Shown piece by piece: positions 52,714 through 64,000 of a DNA stretch of 64,000 nt. The position numbers and the translations under genes are program-made. The stretch's first letter is position 1. Each line of letters begins with the position of its first letter. The notes under the pieces were generated by a model. The model did no database searches, was not told where the DNA came from, and was given only the letters and a program-made list of their open reading frames with translations. Source of the stretch: Hypanus sabinus (taxonomy: Eukaryota); contig NC_082720.1 of assembly GCF_030144855.1 (NCBI RefSeq), positions 65,968,001 to 66,032,000 of the forward strand. Direction: 5' to 3'.

Positions 52714-54896
52714 TTTTATTTATTTATTAATTTTTTAAGAGAATTACATAAAATGAATAAAATATTAGAATAGTGAAAAATTAATATTGGCCCTCCCCCT
52801 CCCCTTAACCCTCCCCCCCTTAGACCCCATTTTGAAAAAAAAAGAAAAAAAAAGAAAAAAGATAGAAAGATTGCCTGGATATCAGAGGATCCCCACATGT
52901 TTCATGGAGTTCAAAATAACTTTAGTTTTTATTTTCCCCAAATAACTTATAATTTTATCTTCAAAGGACCTATATATTTAACCCTATCTTTTATAGCTAG
53001 GGGTGCCAAATTTTCAAAAATATATGAGATTCATTTCTTAAATTATAAATATTTTTTTCAAGTGGAATGCAGCTATATATTTCATTATTCCAATGATCCA
53101 TAGTTAAATATGAATCTGAATTCCAAGTAACTGCAATAGCTTTTTTGGCTATTTTTTGCCAAATGCAATTTTTTGCCAATGCAATTTTTATAAATTTTTT
53201 CTGATATTTATTGAATTTAGGTTTCGATATTATCCCTTCAATATCACCTAATAAAAATAATATTGGGCTATGTGGGAGTTGTATTCCAATAATTTGTTCC
53301 AGTAAAAGTCTTAAATTTGTCCAAAAAGGTTGAATTTTAGAACAGGACCAAGTAGAATGTAAAAAGGTACCAATTTCTTGATTACATCGAAAACATTGGC
53401 CAGATAAATTTGAATTTAATCTATTTATTTTCTGTGGTGTTATATATAATTGATCTAAAAAATTATATTGTACTAATCTAAGTCGGACATTTATTGTATT
53501 TATCATGCTATCAAGACATAGTCTTGACCAATTTTTTTCATCAATAATATTCAAATCAGTTTCCCATTTTTGTCTTGATTTATGAATTCCTGGTTTAATT
53601 GTCTGTTTTTGAATCAAATTATACATACAAAATGTAATTTTTTTAATTTTTCCTTTTTGAATTAAGATTTCTATTTCATTAGGTTTTGGCATTAACATTA
53701 TTTGACCCAGTTTATTTCGTAAATAGGCCTTTAATTGAAAATAACAGAAAAGAGTGTTATTTGATAATTTATATTTATTTTTTAATTGATCAAATGACAT
53801 CAATATACTTCCTTCAAAACAGTCACCTATATATCTGATCCCTTTTTGAAACCAGTTATGTAAAAGTTGATTATCCATTGAGAAAGGAATAAGCCTATTT
53901 TGAATTAAAGTTCTTTTTGCTAATAAGGATTTCTTTATTTCATCATCCATATTTACCTTATTCCATAAATCAATCAAATGTCTTAATATAAGAGATTCTT
54001 TCTTTTCCCATATCCATTTGGATTCCCATTTATATATAAAATCTTCTGGTATATTTTCTCCTATCTTATCTAGTTCTATTCTAATCCATGCCGGTTTTTC
54101 TTCAACAAAAAAAGCTGCAATAAATCGAAGTTGATTTGCTTTGTAATAATTCTTAAAATTTGGAAGTTGTAACCCTCCTAAATCAAATTTACATGTCAAT
54201 TTTTCCAACAATATTCTTGACATCTTTCCTTTCCAAAGAAACTTCCTCACACACTTATTCAATTCTTGAAAAAACTTCTGAGGCAGTTGTATTGGTAATG
54301 TTTGGAATAAATATTGTAATCTAGAAAATTTGTTCATTTTACAGCATTAACTCTACCTATTAATGTTAATGGTAACATCATCTATTTATCAAGATCTTCT
54401 TTTAGTTTTTTCAATGATGGTAAATAACTTAGTTTATATAAATTCTTTATATCATTATCGACTCTTATTTTATACCATTTGTTGGCCATCTAAATTGAGT
54501 TACTAGTCGACATTGACTATAATCTCCTTTGTAAGGGGTAAAATTTCACTTTTATCCCAGTTTACTTTATACCCTGATATTTTCCCATATTCTTCCAATC
54601 TAAAAGATAATTTTTGCAATGATCGCAATGAGTTTGTTAAATAAATCAGAACATCATCAGCAAATAAATTAATCTTATATTCTTCTTGGTTAACTCTGAA
54701 GCCCACAATATCTAAGTCTGTTCTAATTATTTCAGCTAATGGTTCTATCGCCAATACAAATAGGGCATGTGATAATGGGCAGCCTTGTCTAGTTGACCTT
54801 GTTAAGTGAAATGATGTTGAAATTTCACCATTTGTCACTACTTTAGCTTGAAGAATAATATTTAAGGTTTTGATCCATTTTATAAAAGATTTTCCA
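52714..54896 (-). mobile_element. 5'-truncated L1/Tx1-like LINE, 14-bp TSD, open 446-aa C-terminal ORF2 (52997-54337)
   Basis: TSD GGGATAAAATGATT at 52700-52713 and 54897-54910; RT motifs RSTRQGCPLS and LFADDVL (54503-54838); CFRC...HSTWSC motif. Confidence 0.93.
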
Positions 54897-55358
54897 GGGA
54901 TAAAATGATTATCGTATCAGGAGCATTCCATAAGGCTATAAGACATATGAGCAGAATTCGGCCATCTGGCTCACTGAGTCTGCTCTGCCTTTCAATCATG
55001 GCTGATCCTTTTTTTTATCTCCTCCTCAAGCCCAGTTCTGGCCTTCTCCCCACAATTTTTGATGCCATGTCCAGTCAAGAATCTATCAATCTCTGTCTTA
55101 AGTAGACCCAACGACCTGGCCGGCACAGCTGTATGTGGCAACAAATTCCACAAGCTGACCACCCTTTGGCTGAAGAAGTTTCTCCGCATCTCTGTTTTGA
55201 AATGGCGCCCCTCTAATCTGAGGCTGTACCCTCCTGTTCAAGACCATCCCACCAAAATCCGAATCAGGTTAACACCGGTATGTCTCATGAAATTTGTTAA
55301 CTGAGCAGCAGCAGTTCAATGTAATACATAATATAGAAGAGCAAAAACAAAACAAATA

Positions 55359-55418
<60 letters not shown>
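55359..55418. repeat. (AAT)20 microsatellite inside a Rex1-type 3' fragment
   Basis: Read directly from the sequence. Confidence 0.9.
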
Positions 55419-55422
<4 letters not shown>

Positions 55423-56051
55423 CAATTACAGAATATGTATATTGAATAGATTAAAAATTGTGCAAAAGACAGAAATAATATATATTTAAAAAATGTGGTA
55501 GTGTCTAAGGGTTGAATGTCCATTTAGGAAGTGGATGGCAGAGGGTAGAAGCTGTTCCTGAATCGCTGAGTGTGTGCCTTCAGGCTTCTGTACCTCCTAC
55601 CTGATGGCAACATTGGAAAAAGGCAGGTCCTGGGTGCTGGGGGTTCTTAATAATGGACACTAACTTTCTGAGACACTGCTCCTTGAAGATATCCTGGGTA
55701 CTTTGTAGCCTAGTACACAAGATAGAGCCAAATTAATTTACAACTTTTTGCAGCTCCTTTCAGTCCTGTGCACCTGTGCAAAAGCCCCACCTCCCATACC
55801 AAACAGTGATGCAGCCTATCAGAATGTTCACCTTTCCGCATCTACTCTGTCTAGGCCTTTCAACATTCTAAAGGTGTTTGTAAAGCTGTGGTTCAGGTAC
55901 AGGGAGCCGGGATCATGTGAATCCCTGGAAGAGAATAAAGGATGCAACAATATATTTAAGAAGGAAATTGGGATGGTAAAAATAGGGCAAGTGAAAGCTT
56001 TGGCAGGGAAAATTAAAGATAATATGAACAGAATTTTTTTTTTCTACTCAG

Positions 56052-56231
56052 CGGTGGGCAGTGATGAGTTCAGTAAAATACCAGACATTTCCCAGAGGTT
56101 ACATGTGGACTGGGGAACCCTTAATCTGTAAATCAGGAAGCCCCCCTTTGAACTTGCAGGTCTGTTCAGCTGGATTCGGACACAAACCAATGGGAAGACC
56201 CTCAGACAGTGGGAGATATTTGGGATCAAAG
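56052..56231 (+). pseudogene. 3' half of a further domain-1-type V exon with an in-frame stop
   Basis: SDEFSKIPDISQRLHVDWGTLNL*IRKPPFELAGLFSWIRTQTNGKTLRQWEIFGIK (TAA at 56129-56131); donor at 56232. A CR1 fragment (about 55870-56040) sits where the 5' half should be. Confidence 0.85.
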
Positions 56232-57030
56232 GTAGTTTGGTTAATGAGTTCAAAACATGATTTTCCTGTGACTATTTCTTCAAATTCCAAACGTAGTGTT
56301 GGGATTGTGTCAATCCATTTTCTGTAAATGCCTGCAAGAAAACAAATCTGAAGTTAGTAGCGGTGACATATACATTCCTTGATAATAAATTTACTTTGAA
56401 CTTTGATCCTCTAGCTCCAGAATCCAGCATAAAATGAAATTTTCATTAAAATCAACCTGGTGGTTAATAATGTTTGAGGCATTTATTTGGTCAGTTTTAT
56501 ATAAATATTGCAGCAGAGTTAGTGGTGATGGGATTGAACCTGTGTGAGAGCTGAGGAAAATGGTTCTGGTCTCCTGAATATCTAAACCACAGCTCATCTG
56601 AGACGTCTCGGATTTTGAAACTGGAATGGCAGCTGAGGTGCCCATGTTGAGCAAAATTACTCATTGAAGTTAATGGAAACATTGAGATTTTCACACATGC
56701 ATGTGCACAGCTTTATGTGGAATTCTGAAGCTGCTGTCAGTTATTCCCAGCTCTCCCATGAGGTGATCTGCTTTAAGCCTTCCCCAGTGGAATCATGGGA
56801 TATCAATGAATTGTTGAAAATATGAAGTCTTTACAAGCTGCTCTAAGGTTTAAGACATTATTTTTCTTCATATGTTAGGACATAGATAATCAAACTCAGT
56901 ACACTAAATTAATTTAGTCTATATTTCAGATCTCCAGCATCTGCAGTTTTCCTTGATTGTCACATCCTCAGTTCAGTTCGAGCCCAATTGTCACTGTTGA
57001 CTCTGAATCTCATTGGGCTGTTTCTCACAG

Positions 57031-57300
57031 ATGAGGCGAGTCTAGAGAGACCTGTGGAGGGCAGTGACGTCACCCTCAGCTGTACCATCTCCAGACTCCC
57101 AGATACCGTCAGTCTCAGCTGGAAACCAGTGGGCTCATCCCAGCAGAACAGGAGAAACACTGATCAGATCCAGCTGAATAACACCGTCTATCTGATGGTC
57201 CGACACGTTACAGTGGAGGATGAGAAGTTGTATCAGTGTGAAGTGCGGGAAAACGGAAACGTTGTTGGTACAAGCAAAGCAGCTTTTACTGTAAACATGT
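57031..57300 (+). CDS. Duplicated domain-2-type C2 exon (open, splice sites intact; expression unknown)
   Basis: Same 270-nt length and phase as 48085-48354; 25 nt differences by hand count (about 91% identity); acceptor CTGTTTCTCACAG, donor GTAAGT at 57301. Confidence 0.75.
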
Positions 57301-58339
57301 GTAAGTTTTGTTACCATATGTTGGATACTAAACTTGCACTTGTATCATAGGGGGATCATGTAATATTGGAAGTGAACGCCTTGGAAGATTATAGTCCGTG
57401 ATCTACTGCCCCATGTAAATTGCAGCAATAGTTGGAGAGAAGCTTCCAGAAAGTCTCTCTGTGAAGAATCTGCCTGCTTCACTCTGTGACAGTCACAGCA
57501 TACAGGAAGGAGATTCTTCTCTGAGGGTTAATCATTCAAACGTTTTGTTAGTTGAAATTAATCTCAGTACTCCAGTATCTTAGATTGAGATCCTGATACA
57601 GCATCATGTCAAAGTGTTGTATACAAAGTGGAGTTACCATGACAACCATCATCACTTGCTGCTCACGCTCAGCACTGGGATCTCCATTCATACGTCAACC
57701 CTGAATAGCAAACTGTCCTCTCTCTCTCAGTGACCCATCCAGCAAAGTCCTGATGCTATGTGAAGTGACAACTGTGGACTCAGGTTTCAGATCGGCATTC
57801 GGCTGGGAACAGAACCAAGGGAAGAGGGAAAGCAGAGTATCACTCAGTGTGAATAGCAGAGGTATAAATAATAATTACGGAAATAAAGGGAAGGTTGGAA
57901 TAGGATACAGTGAGAGAGGAGAAAGGCAGCTGGTGAACAGAGAGAAGGGACTGAGACTGGGTGTGGGGCCTCCCTCCCTTTTCGCCCTCCCCACTACTCT
58001 CCCTCCAGGCACTTATCCCTGAAAGTGGAAAAAGTGTTATACCTGCCCATTTTTCCTTTCCCTAATCTCCATTCATAGCCTCAAACAGTCCTGAACTGGT
58101 GAGCAACACTTAAAATGCACTCCTGTTGGAGTTGTTCACTGTAACCCATGCTTTCAATGCAGCCTCCTTTACCTTGGTGAAACCTGACGTAATGTGGAGT
58201 CCTGCTTTGTCTTCACTTCATCTGCAGCAAGCAGGATTTCCAAGTGTCCAACCATTTTAGTTACAAAACTCACTCCCATTGTCCATGGTCAGTTGTCAGT
58301 AGGTCTATGGATTCCTCTACTGCACAATGAGGATACTAG

Positions 58340-61250
58340 AAACATAGAAACATAGAAAACCAACAGCACAATACAGGGCCTTCGGCCCACAAAGCTGTGC
58401 CGAACATATCCTTAAGTTAGAAATTACCTAGGGTTACCCATAGCCCTCTATTTTTCTAAGCTCCATGTACCTATCTAGGAGTCTCTTAAGAGATCCTATT
58501 GTATCTGCCTCCACCACCGTTGCCAGCAGCTCATTCCACACACTCACCATTCTCTGCATAAAAACCTACCCTTGACATCTTCTCTGTACGTACTCCCAAG
58601 CATCTTAAAACTACATCCTCTTGTGCTAGCTATTTCAGCCCCGGGAAAAAGCCTCTGACTATCCACACAATCAATGCCTCTCATCATCTTATACAGCTCT
58701 ATCAGGTCGCCTCTCATCCTCCATCACTCCAAGGAGAAAAAGTCGAATTCACTCAATCTATTCTCATAAGGCATGCCCCCCCCCAATCCAGACAACATCC
58801 TTTTAAATCTTCTCTGCACCCTTTCTATAGTTTCCGCATCTTTCCTGTAGTGAGGTGAACAGAACTGAGCGCATTAATCCAAATGGGTTCTGACCAGGGT
58901 TCTATATAGCTGAAATGTTACCTGTCGGCTCCAAAACTCAATCCCACGATTGATGAAGACCAATACACTATATGCCTTTTTAACCATAAAGTCAACCTGT
59001 ACAGCAGCTTTGAGTGTCCTATGGACCTAAGCCCCAAGATCTTGCTGATCCTCCACACTGCCAAGACTCTTAGCACTAATACTATATTCTGCCGTCATAT
59101 TTGACCTACCAAAATGAACCATTTCACACTTAACTGGGTTGAACTCCATCTGCCACTTCTCAGCCCAGTTTTGCATCCTATCAATGTTCTGCTGTAACTT
59201 CTGACAGCCCTCCACACTATCCAAACACCTCCAACCATTGTTTCATCAACAAACTTACTAACCCATCCTTGCACTTCCTCATCCAGGTTTTCTCTAAAAA
59301 TCACGAACAGATCCTAGAGGCACTCAATTGGTGACCGACCTCCATGCAGAATATGACCTATCTACAACCACTCTTTGCCTTCTGTCGGCAAGCCATTTCT
59401 GGATCCACAAAGCAATGTCCACTTGGATCCCATGCCTCCTTACTTTCTCAAGAAGTCTTGCATAGGCTACCTTATCAAATGTCTTGCTGAAATCCATATG
59501 CACTTTGCTCGTCCTTCATCTATGTGTTTAGTCACATCCTCAAAAAATTCAATCAGGCTCATAAGGTACAACCTGCCTTTGACAAAGCCATGCTGACTAT
59601 TGCATATCATATTATGCCTCTCCAAATGTTCATAAATCCTGTTCCTCAGGATCTTCTCTATCGACTGAAGTAGGACTCACTGGTCTATAATTTCCTGGGC
59701 TATCTCTATTCCCTTTCTTGTGTAAGGAAACAACATCCACAACCCTCCAACCCTCCGTAACCTCTCCTGTCCCTACTGATGGTGCAAAGATCACTGCCAG
59801 AGGCTCTGCAATCTTCGCCCTCACCTCCCACAGTAACCTGGTGTACATCTTGTCCGATTCCTATGACTTATCCAACTTGATGCATTCCAAATGCTCCAGC
59901 ACATCCTTTCTCTTAATATCTATGTGCTCAAGCTTTTCAGTCCACTGTACGTCATCCTTACAATCACCAAGATCCTATTCTGTAGTGAATATGGAAGCAA
60001 AGTATTTATTAAGTACCTCTGCTATCTCCTCTGATTCCATATACACTTTTCCACTGGCACACTTGATTGGTCCTATTCTCTCACCTCTTATACCTCTGCT
60101 CTTCATATACTTTTAGAATGCCTTGCGGTTTTCCTTAATCATATCAGCTAAGTCCTTCTTATGGCTCCTTCTGGCTCTTGTAATTTCATTCTTAAGCTCC
60201 TTCCTGCTAGCCTTATAATTTTCTAGATATCTATCATTGCCTAGTTTTTGAACCTTTTGTAAGCTTTTCTTTTCTTCTTGACTCAGTTTACAACAGCCTT
60301 TGAACACCAAGGTTCCTGTACCCTACCATCCTTTCCCTGTCTCACTGGAACGTACCTATGCAGAAATCCACGCAAATATCCCCTGAACATTTGCCACATT
60401 TCTTCCATACATTTCCCTAAGAACATCAGTTCCCAATTTATGCTTCCAGGTTTTTGCCTGATAGCCTCATATTTCCCCTTACTCCAATTAAATGCTTTCC
60501 TAACGTGTTTGTTCCTATTCCTCTTCAATGCTATCTTAATGGAGATAGAATTAAGAATACAATCCCCAAAATGCTCTCCCACTGATGAGATCTGACATCT
60601 GACCAGTTTCATTTCCCAATACCAGATCAAGTACAGTCTCTCATCCTGCAGGCGTTTCTGCATATTGTGTCACAAAACCTTCCTCAGCACATCTAACAAA
60701 TTCCACCCCATCTAAACCACTTGCTCTAATCAATATTTGGGAAATTAAAACTTCCCACCATGACAACCCTGTTATTATTACACCTTTGCAGAATCTGTCT
60801 CCCTATCTGCTCCCTCATGTCCCTGTTACTATTGGGAGGTCTATAAAAAAACACCCAGTAGAGTTATTGACCCCTTCCTGTTCCTAACTTCCACCCACAG
60901 AGACTCTGTAGATAGCCCTTCCATAACTTCCTTCTTTTATACTATCTGTGATCAACAGTGCCATGGCACCATCTCTTTTGCCTCCCTCCCTGTCCTTTTT
61001 GAAACATCTAAAGCCTGGAACTCAAAGTAACCATTCCTGCCCCTGAGCCATCCAAATCTCTGTATGGCCACAACATCATAGCTCCAAGTATTGATCTACG
61101 CTTTATGTTCATTGGCTTTGTTCCTAATACTCCTTACATTAAAATAGTCACATCTCAAACCATCGGTCTGAACACGTCCCTTCTCTATCACTTGCCTATC
61201 AACCCTCTCGCACTGTCTCCAAGCTTTCTCTATTTGTAAGCCACTGCCTG
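58340..61250 (-). mobile_element. CR1-clade LINE (about 2.9 kb)
   Basis: (CATAGAAA)n tail at about 58340-58358; fragments 59027-59304, 59630-59848 (PGNYRPVSPTSV), 60113-60310 and 60283-60663. Same family as 75-2025. Confidence 0.9.
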
Positions 61251-61709
61251 TTCCTCCACTCAGGGTGGAGGCAATACACATCATATTCCATTTGGATTGT
61301 ATCAATCTGACAGCCTGAATTCCAATTTTTCTAACTTCTGTTAATTTTTCCTCCTCCCCTTCTCTCTTTTTCTATTTCCCACTCTGGCACTTCTCTTACC
61401 TCTCCTCTTCTCCTAAATTGCCTCTCAAATTCGCTTGGTTCTCCGCCTCCTTCCCTTTCTCTCATGGTTCACTCTCCTCTCCTATCTGATTCTTTCTTCT
61501 CCAGCCTTTTGCCTTTTCCACATATCACCTGCCAGCTTCTCACTTCATCTCTCCTCACCACTCACCTGGCTTCACCTATCACCTTCTAGGTTGTACACCT
61601 TCCTTGCGCACACCTTCTTATTCTGCCTTCTTCCCTTTCATTTCCAGTCTTGATGAACTCTCTTGGGCTGAACCATTGATTTTATTCCTATCCTTCGATG
61701 CTGCCTGAC

Positions 61710-62545
61710 ATAAGAACAAAAGAAATAGGAGCAGGAGTAGAACATCCATTCAATAAGATCATGGCTGATCTTTCTGTAAACTCAGCTTTTCTACATGCCT
61801 TTTCCCCATAACCCTTAATTCCCCTACTATGTAAAAATCTATCTAACTGTATCTTAAATATATTTAATGAAGAAGCCTCAACTGCTTCCCTGGGCAAAGA
61901 ATTCCACAGATTCACCACTTTCGAGGAAAAAACAGTTTTTTCCTCACCTCTGTCATAAATCTTCTCTGCTGAATCTTGAGGCAATGTCTCCTAGTTCTAG
62001 TCTCACCTACCAATGGAAACAACTTTCCTACTTCTATCTTATCTATCCCTCTCAATGTTTTATATGTTTCTATAAGATCCCCTCTCAATCTTCAGAATTC
62101 CAGAAAGTATATTCCCAGGTGACTCAATCTCTCACCTCATAGGTTTAACTCCTTCATCTCTGGAATCAACCTGGTGAACCTCCTCTGCACTGCCTCCAAA
62201 GCCAGTACATCCTTCCTCAAGTATGGAGACAAGAACTGCACACAGTATTCCAGGTGCGGCCTCACCAGTACCCTGTATAGTTGCAGCATGACTTCCCTGC
62301 TCTTGAATTCAATCCCTCTAGCAATGAAGGCCAACATTCTGTTTGCCTCCTTAATAACCCGTTGTACCTGCAAACCAATCTTTTGCGATTCATGCACAAG
62401 CACTCCCAGGTCCCCCTGCACAACAGTGTGCTGCAATCTTTCACCATTTAAATAATAATCTGCTCTTCTATTATTCCTTCCAAAGTGGATGATCTCACAT
62501 TTACGAGTGTTGTATTCCATCTGCCTAACCTTGGCCCACTCACTT
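61710..62545 (-). mobile_element. CR1-clade LINE 3' fragment
   Basis: ORF 62137-62583 (LVRPHLEYCVQFLSPYLRKD) and a tail near 61710. Confidence 0.9.
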
Positions 62546-63790
62546 CTTTTGTGACATTGAGGGAGAGGTTGTTTTCTTGACACTACTGGGTCAGGGTGAT
62601 GATTTCTTCTCTGTACACTGCCTCATTATTATTTGAGATTAGTCCAATCAGAGAGATTGGAGAGATTGGGCTTGTACACGCTGGAACTGAGGAGATTGAG
62701 AGGGGATCTGATTGAAACATTTAAGATGATTAAAGGATTTGATAGGATTGAGGCAGGAAATATGTTCCAGATGTTGGGAGAGTCTAGTACCAGAGGGCAT
62801 GGATTGAGAATAAGAGGTCAGTTATTTAAAGCAGAGTTGAGGAAGAGCTTCTTCTCCCAGAGAGTTGTGGAGGTGTGGAATGCACTGCCTCGGAAGATGG
62901 TGGAGGCCAATTCTCTGGATGCTTTCAAGAAGGAGCTAGATAGATATCTGATGGATAGGGGAATCAAGGGATATGGGGACAAGGCAGGGACTGGGTATTG
63001 ATAGTGAATGATCAGCCATGATCTCAGAATGGCGGTGCAGACTCGAGGGGCCAAATGGTCTACTTCTGCACCTATTATCTATTGTCTATTGTCTAATCAG
63101 TGTAGTGTCATCAGCAAACTTAATTAGCAGATTGGAGCTGTGGATGGTGACACATTCTTGGGTATACAGAGAGAAGAGGGGGCTTAGTTCACAGTCCTGG
63201 GGGGCACCTGTTTTGAGGGTCAGAGAGGCAGAGGTGAAGGAGCCCACTCTTACAGACTGCCGGCGATCTGACAGGATGTCCAGGATCCAGCTACACAAGG
63301 CAGGGTGAAGGCCGAGGTCTCTGAGCTTCTTTTCGAGCCTGGAGGGAATTATGGTGTTGAATGCTGAACTGTAGTCCAAGAACAGCATTTTCACATAAGC
63401 ATCCCTCTTCTCCAGATATGTCAGGACTGTGCAGAATTGTAGCTATTGCTTCATCTGTTGATGAGTTGTTTTGGTAGATGAATTGTTGGGGTCCAGTGTG
63501 GGTGGCAGCATGCTACAGGTTTTGTCCTTGACCAGCCTCTCAAAGCATTTGCTTATTATTGAGGTGAGTGAGACAGGACGCCAGACATTCAGACATGTTA
63601 CCTTCATCTTTTTAGGTACAGGGACAATGGTGGATGTTTTGAAGCAGGAGGACACAGTACACTGGGAGAGGGAGAAATTAAAAATGTCCGTAAATACACC
63701 TGCCAGTTGTGCTGTGCACACTTTGAGTACTCACTCTGGGATGCCGTCTGGTCCTGTGGCCTTGCAACTGTCCACTTGTTAGAAATACCT
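62546..63790 (-). mobile_element. Rex1/Babar LINE fragment, interrupted by the CR1 at 62642-63088
   Basis: ORFs 63443-63721 and 63086-63394 (FLDYSSAFNTII...GAPQDCELSP...KFADDTT); the host resumes at 62546-62641. Confidence 0.88.
62642..63088 (+). mobile_element. Young-looking CR1 3' fragment nested in a Rex1 element
   Basis: Open ORF 62633-63001 (LERLGLYTLE...FSQRVVEVWNALP); (TCTATTG)-type tail; imperfect TSD GTCCAATCAG/GTCTAATCAG. Confidence 0.85.
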
Positions 63791-64000
63791 GTGTATTCCG
63801 GCCTCAGAGATGACGAAGCTGCCGGTTGCGTCATCTGCAGGTCTGCTCAGGGGCTCAGTACTGGCGACATCGAATCGAGTGTAAGAAAAGATTTTGCTCC
63901 TCTGGGAGGGAGGCAGCAATGTTGGAAACTACTCTGCATTTAGCTTTGAAGTTTGTGACAGACCTTGCCATTAGCTGCGTGTGTCATTGGTAGAAAGTTA

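Larger units (their letters stand above)
56915..61710 (+). repeat. Direct segmental duplicate of about 47955-49770, split by a CR1 insertion
   Basis: Colinear similarity: 56915-58335 matches 47955-49330, and 61255-61710 matches 49320-49770, including a shared Penelope-like remnant. Confidence 0.8.

Noticed and set aside
55748-56131. 127-aa ORF upstream of the second module
   Set aside because: A chimera of Rex1/CR1 remnants read into the broken V half-exon, not an independent gene.
1-64000. Prokaryotic systems (CRISPR arrays, operons, rRNA/tRNA genes)
   Set aside because: No regularly spaced repeats or structural RNA genes were recognised; the sequence is intron-containing vertebrate DNA.

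Overview
Eukaryotic (vertebrate) genomic DNA. The repeat landscape (dense CR1, Rex1/Babar, L1/Tx1-like and Penelope-like retroelements) points to a cartilaginous fish, probably a ray; this is inference. Most of the window is decayed retroelement sequence, and most ORF-track entries are fragments of these elements or chance ORFs. The main host feature is a spliced + strand immunoglobulin-superfamily gene. It has a leader exon (coding 40291-40378) and four phase-1 Ig exons (44317-44658, 48085-48354, 50838-51176, 51255-51515). These splice into one stop-free 433-codon frame with V-C2-V-C2 topology, the CD4/LAG-3 family layout, but domain 1 has no cysteines. No intact transmembrane exon is visible. 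Instead there is a pseudo-exon copy of domain 1 (45242-45508) and a second, partly broken V-C2 module (56052-57300) whose intron homology continues to about 61710. A candidate non-coding first exon/promoter with ETS and RUNX motifs lies at about 29.8-30.0 kb. Also supported: a full-length antisense L1-like element with a 13-bp TSD, a truncated L1 with a 14-bp TSD, three solo LTRs with TSDs, and an old inverted duplication (about 4.6-7 kb versus 26.9-28.45 kb).
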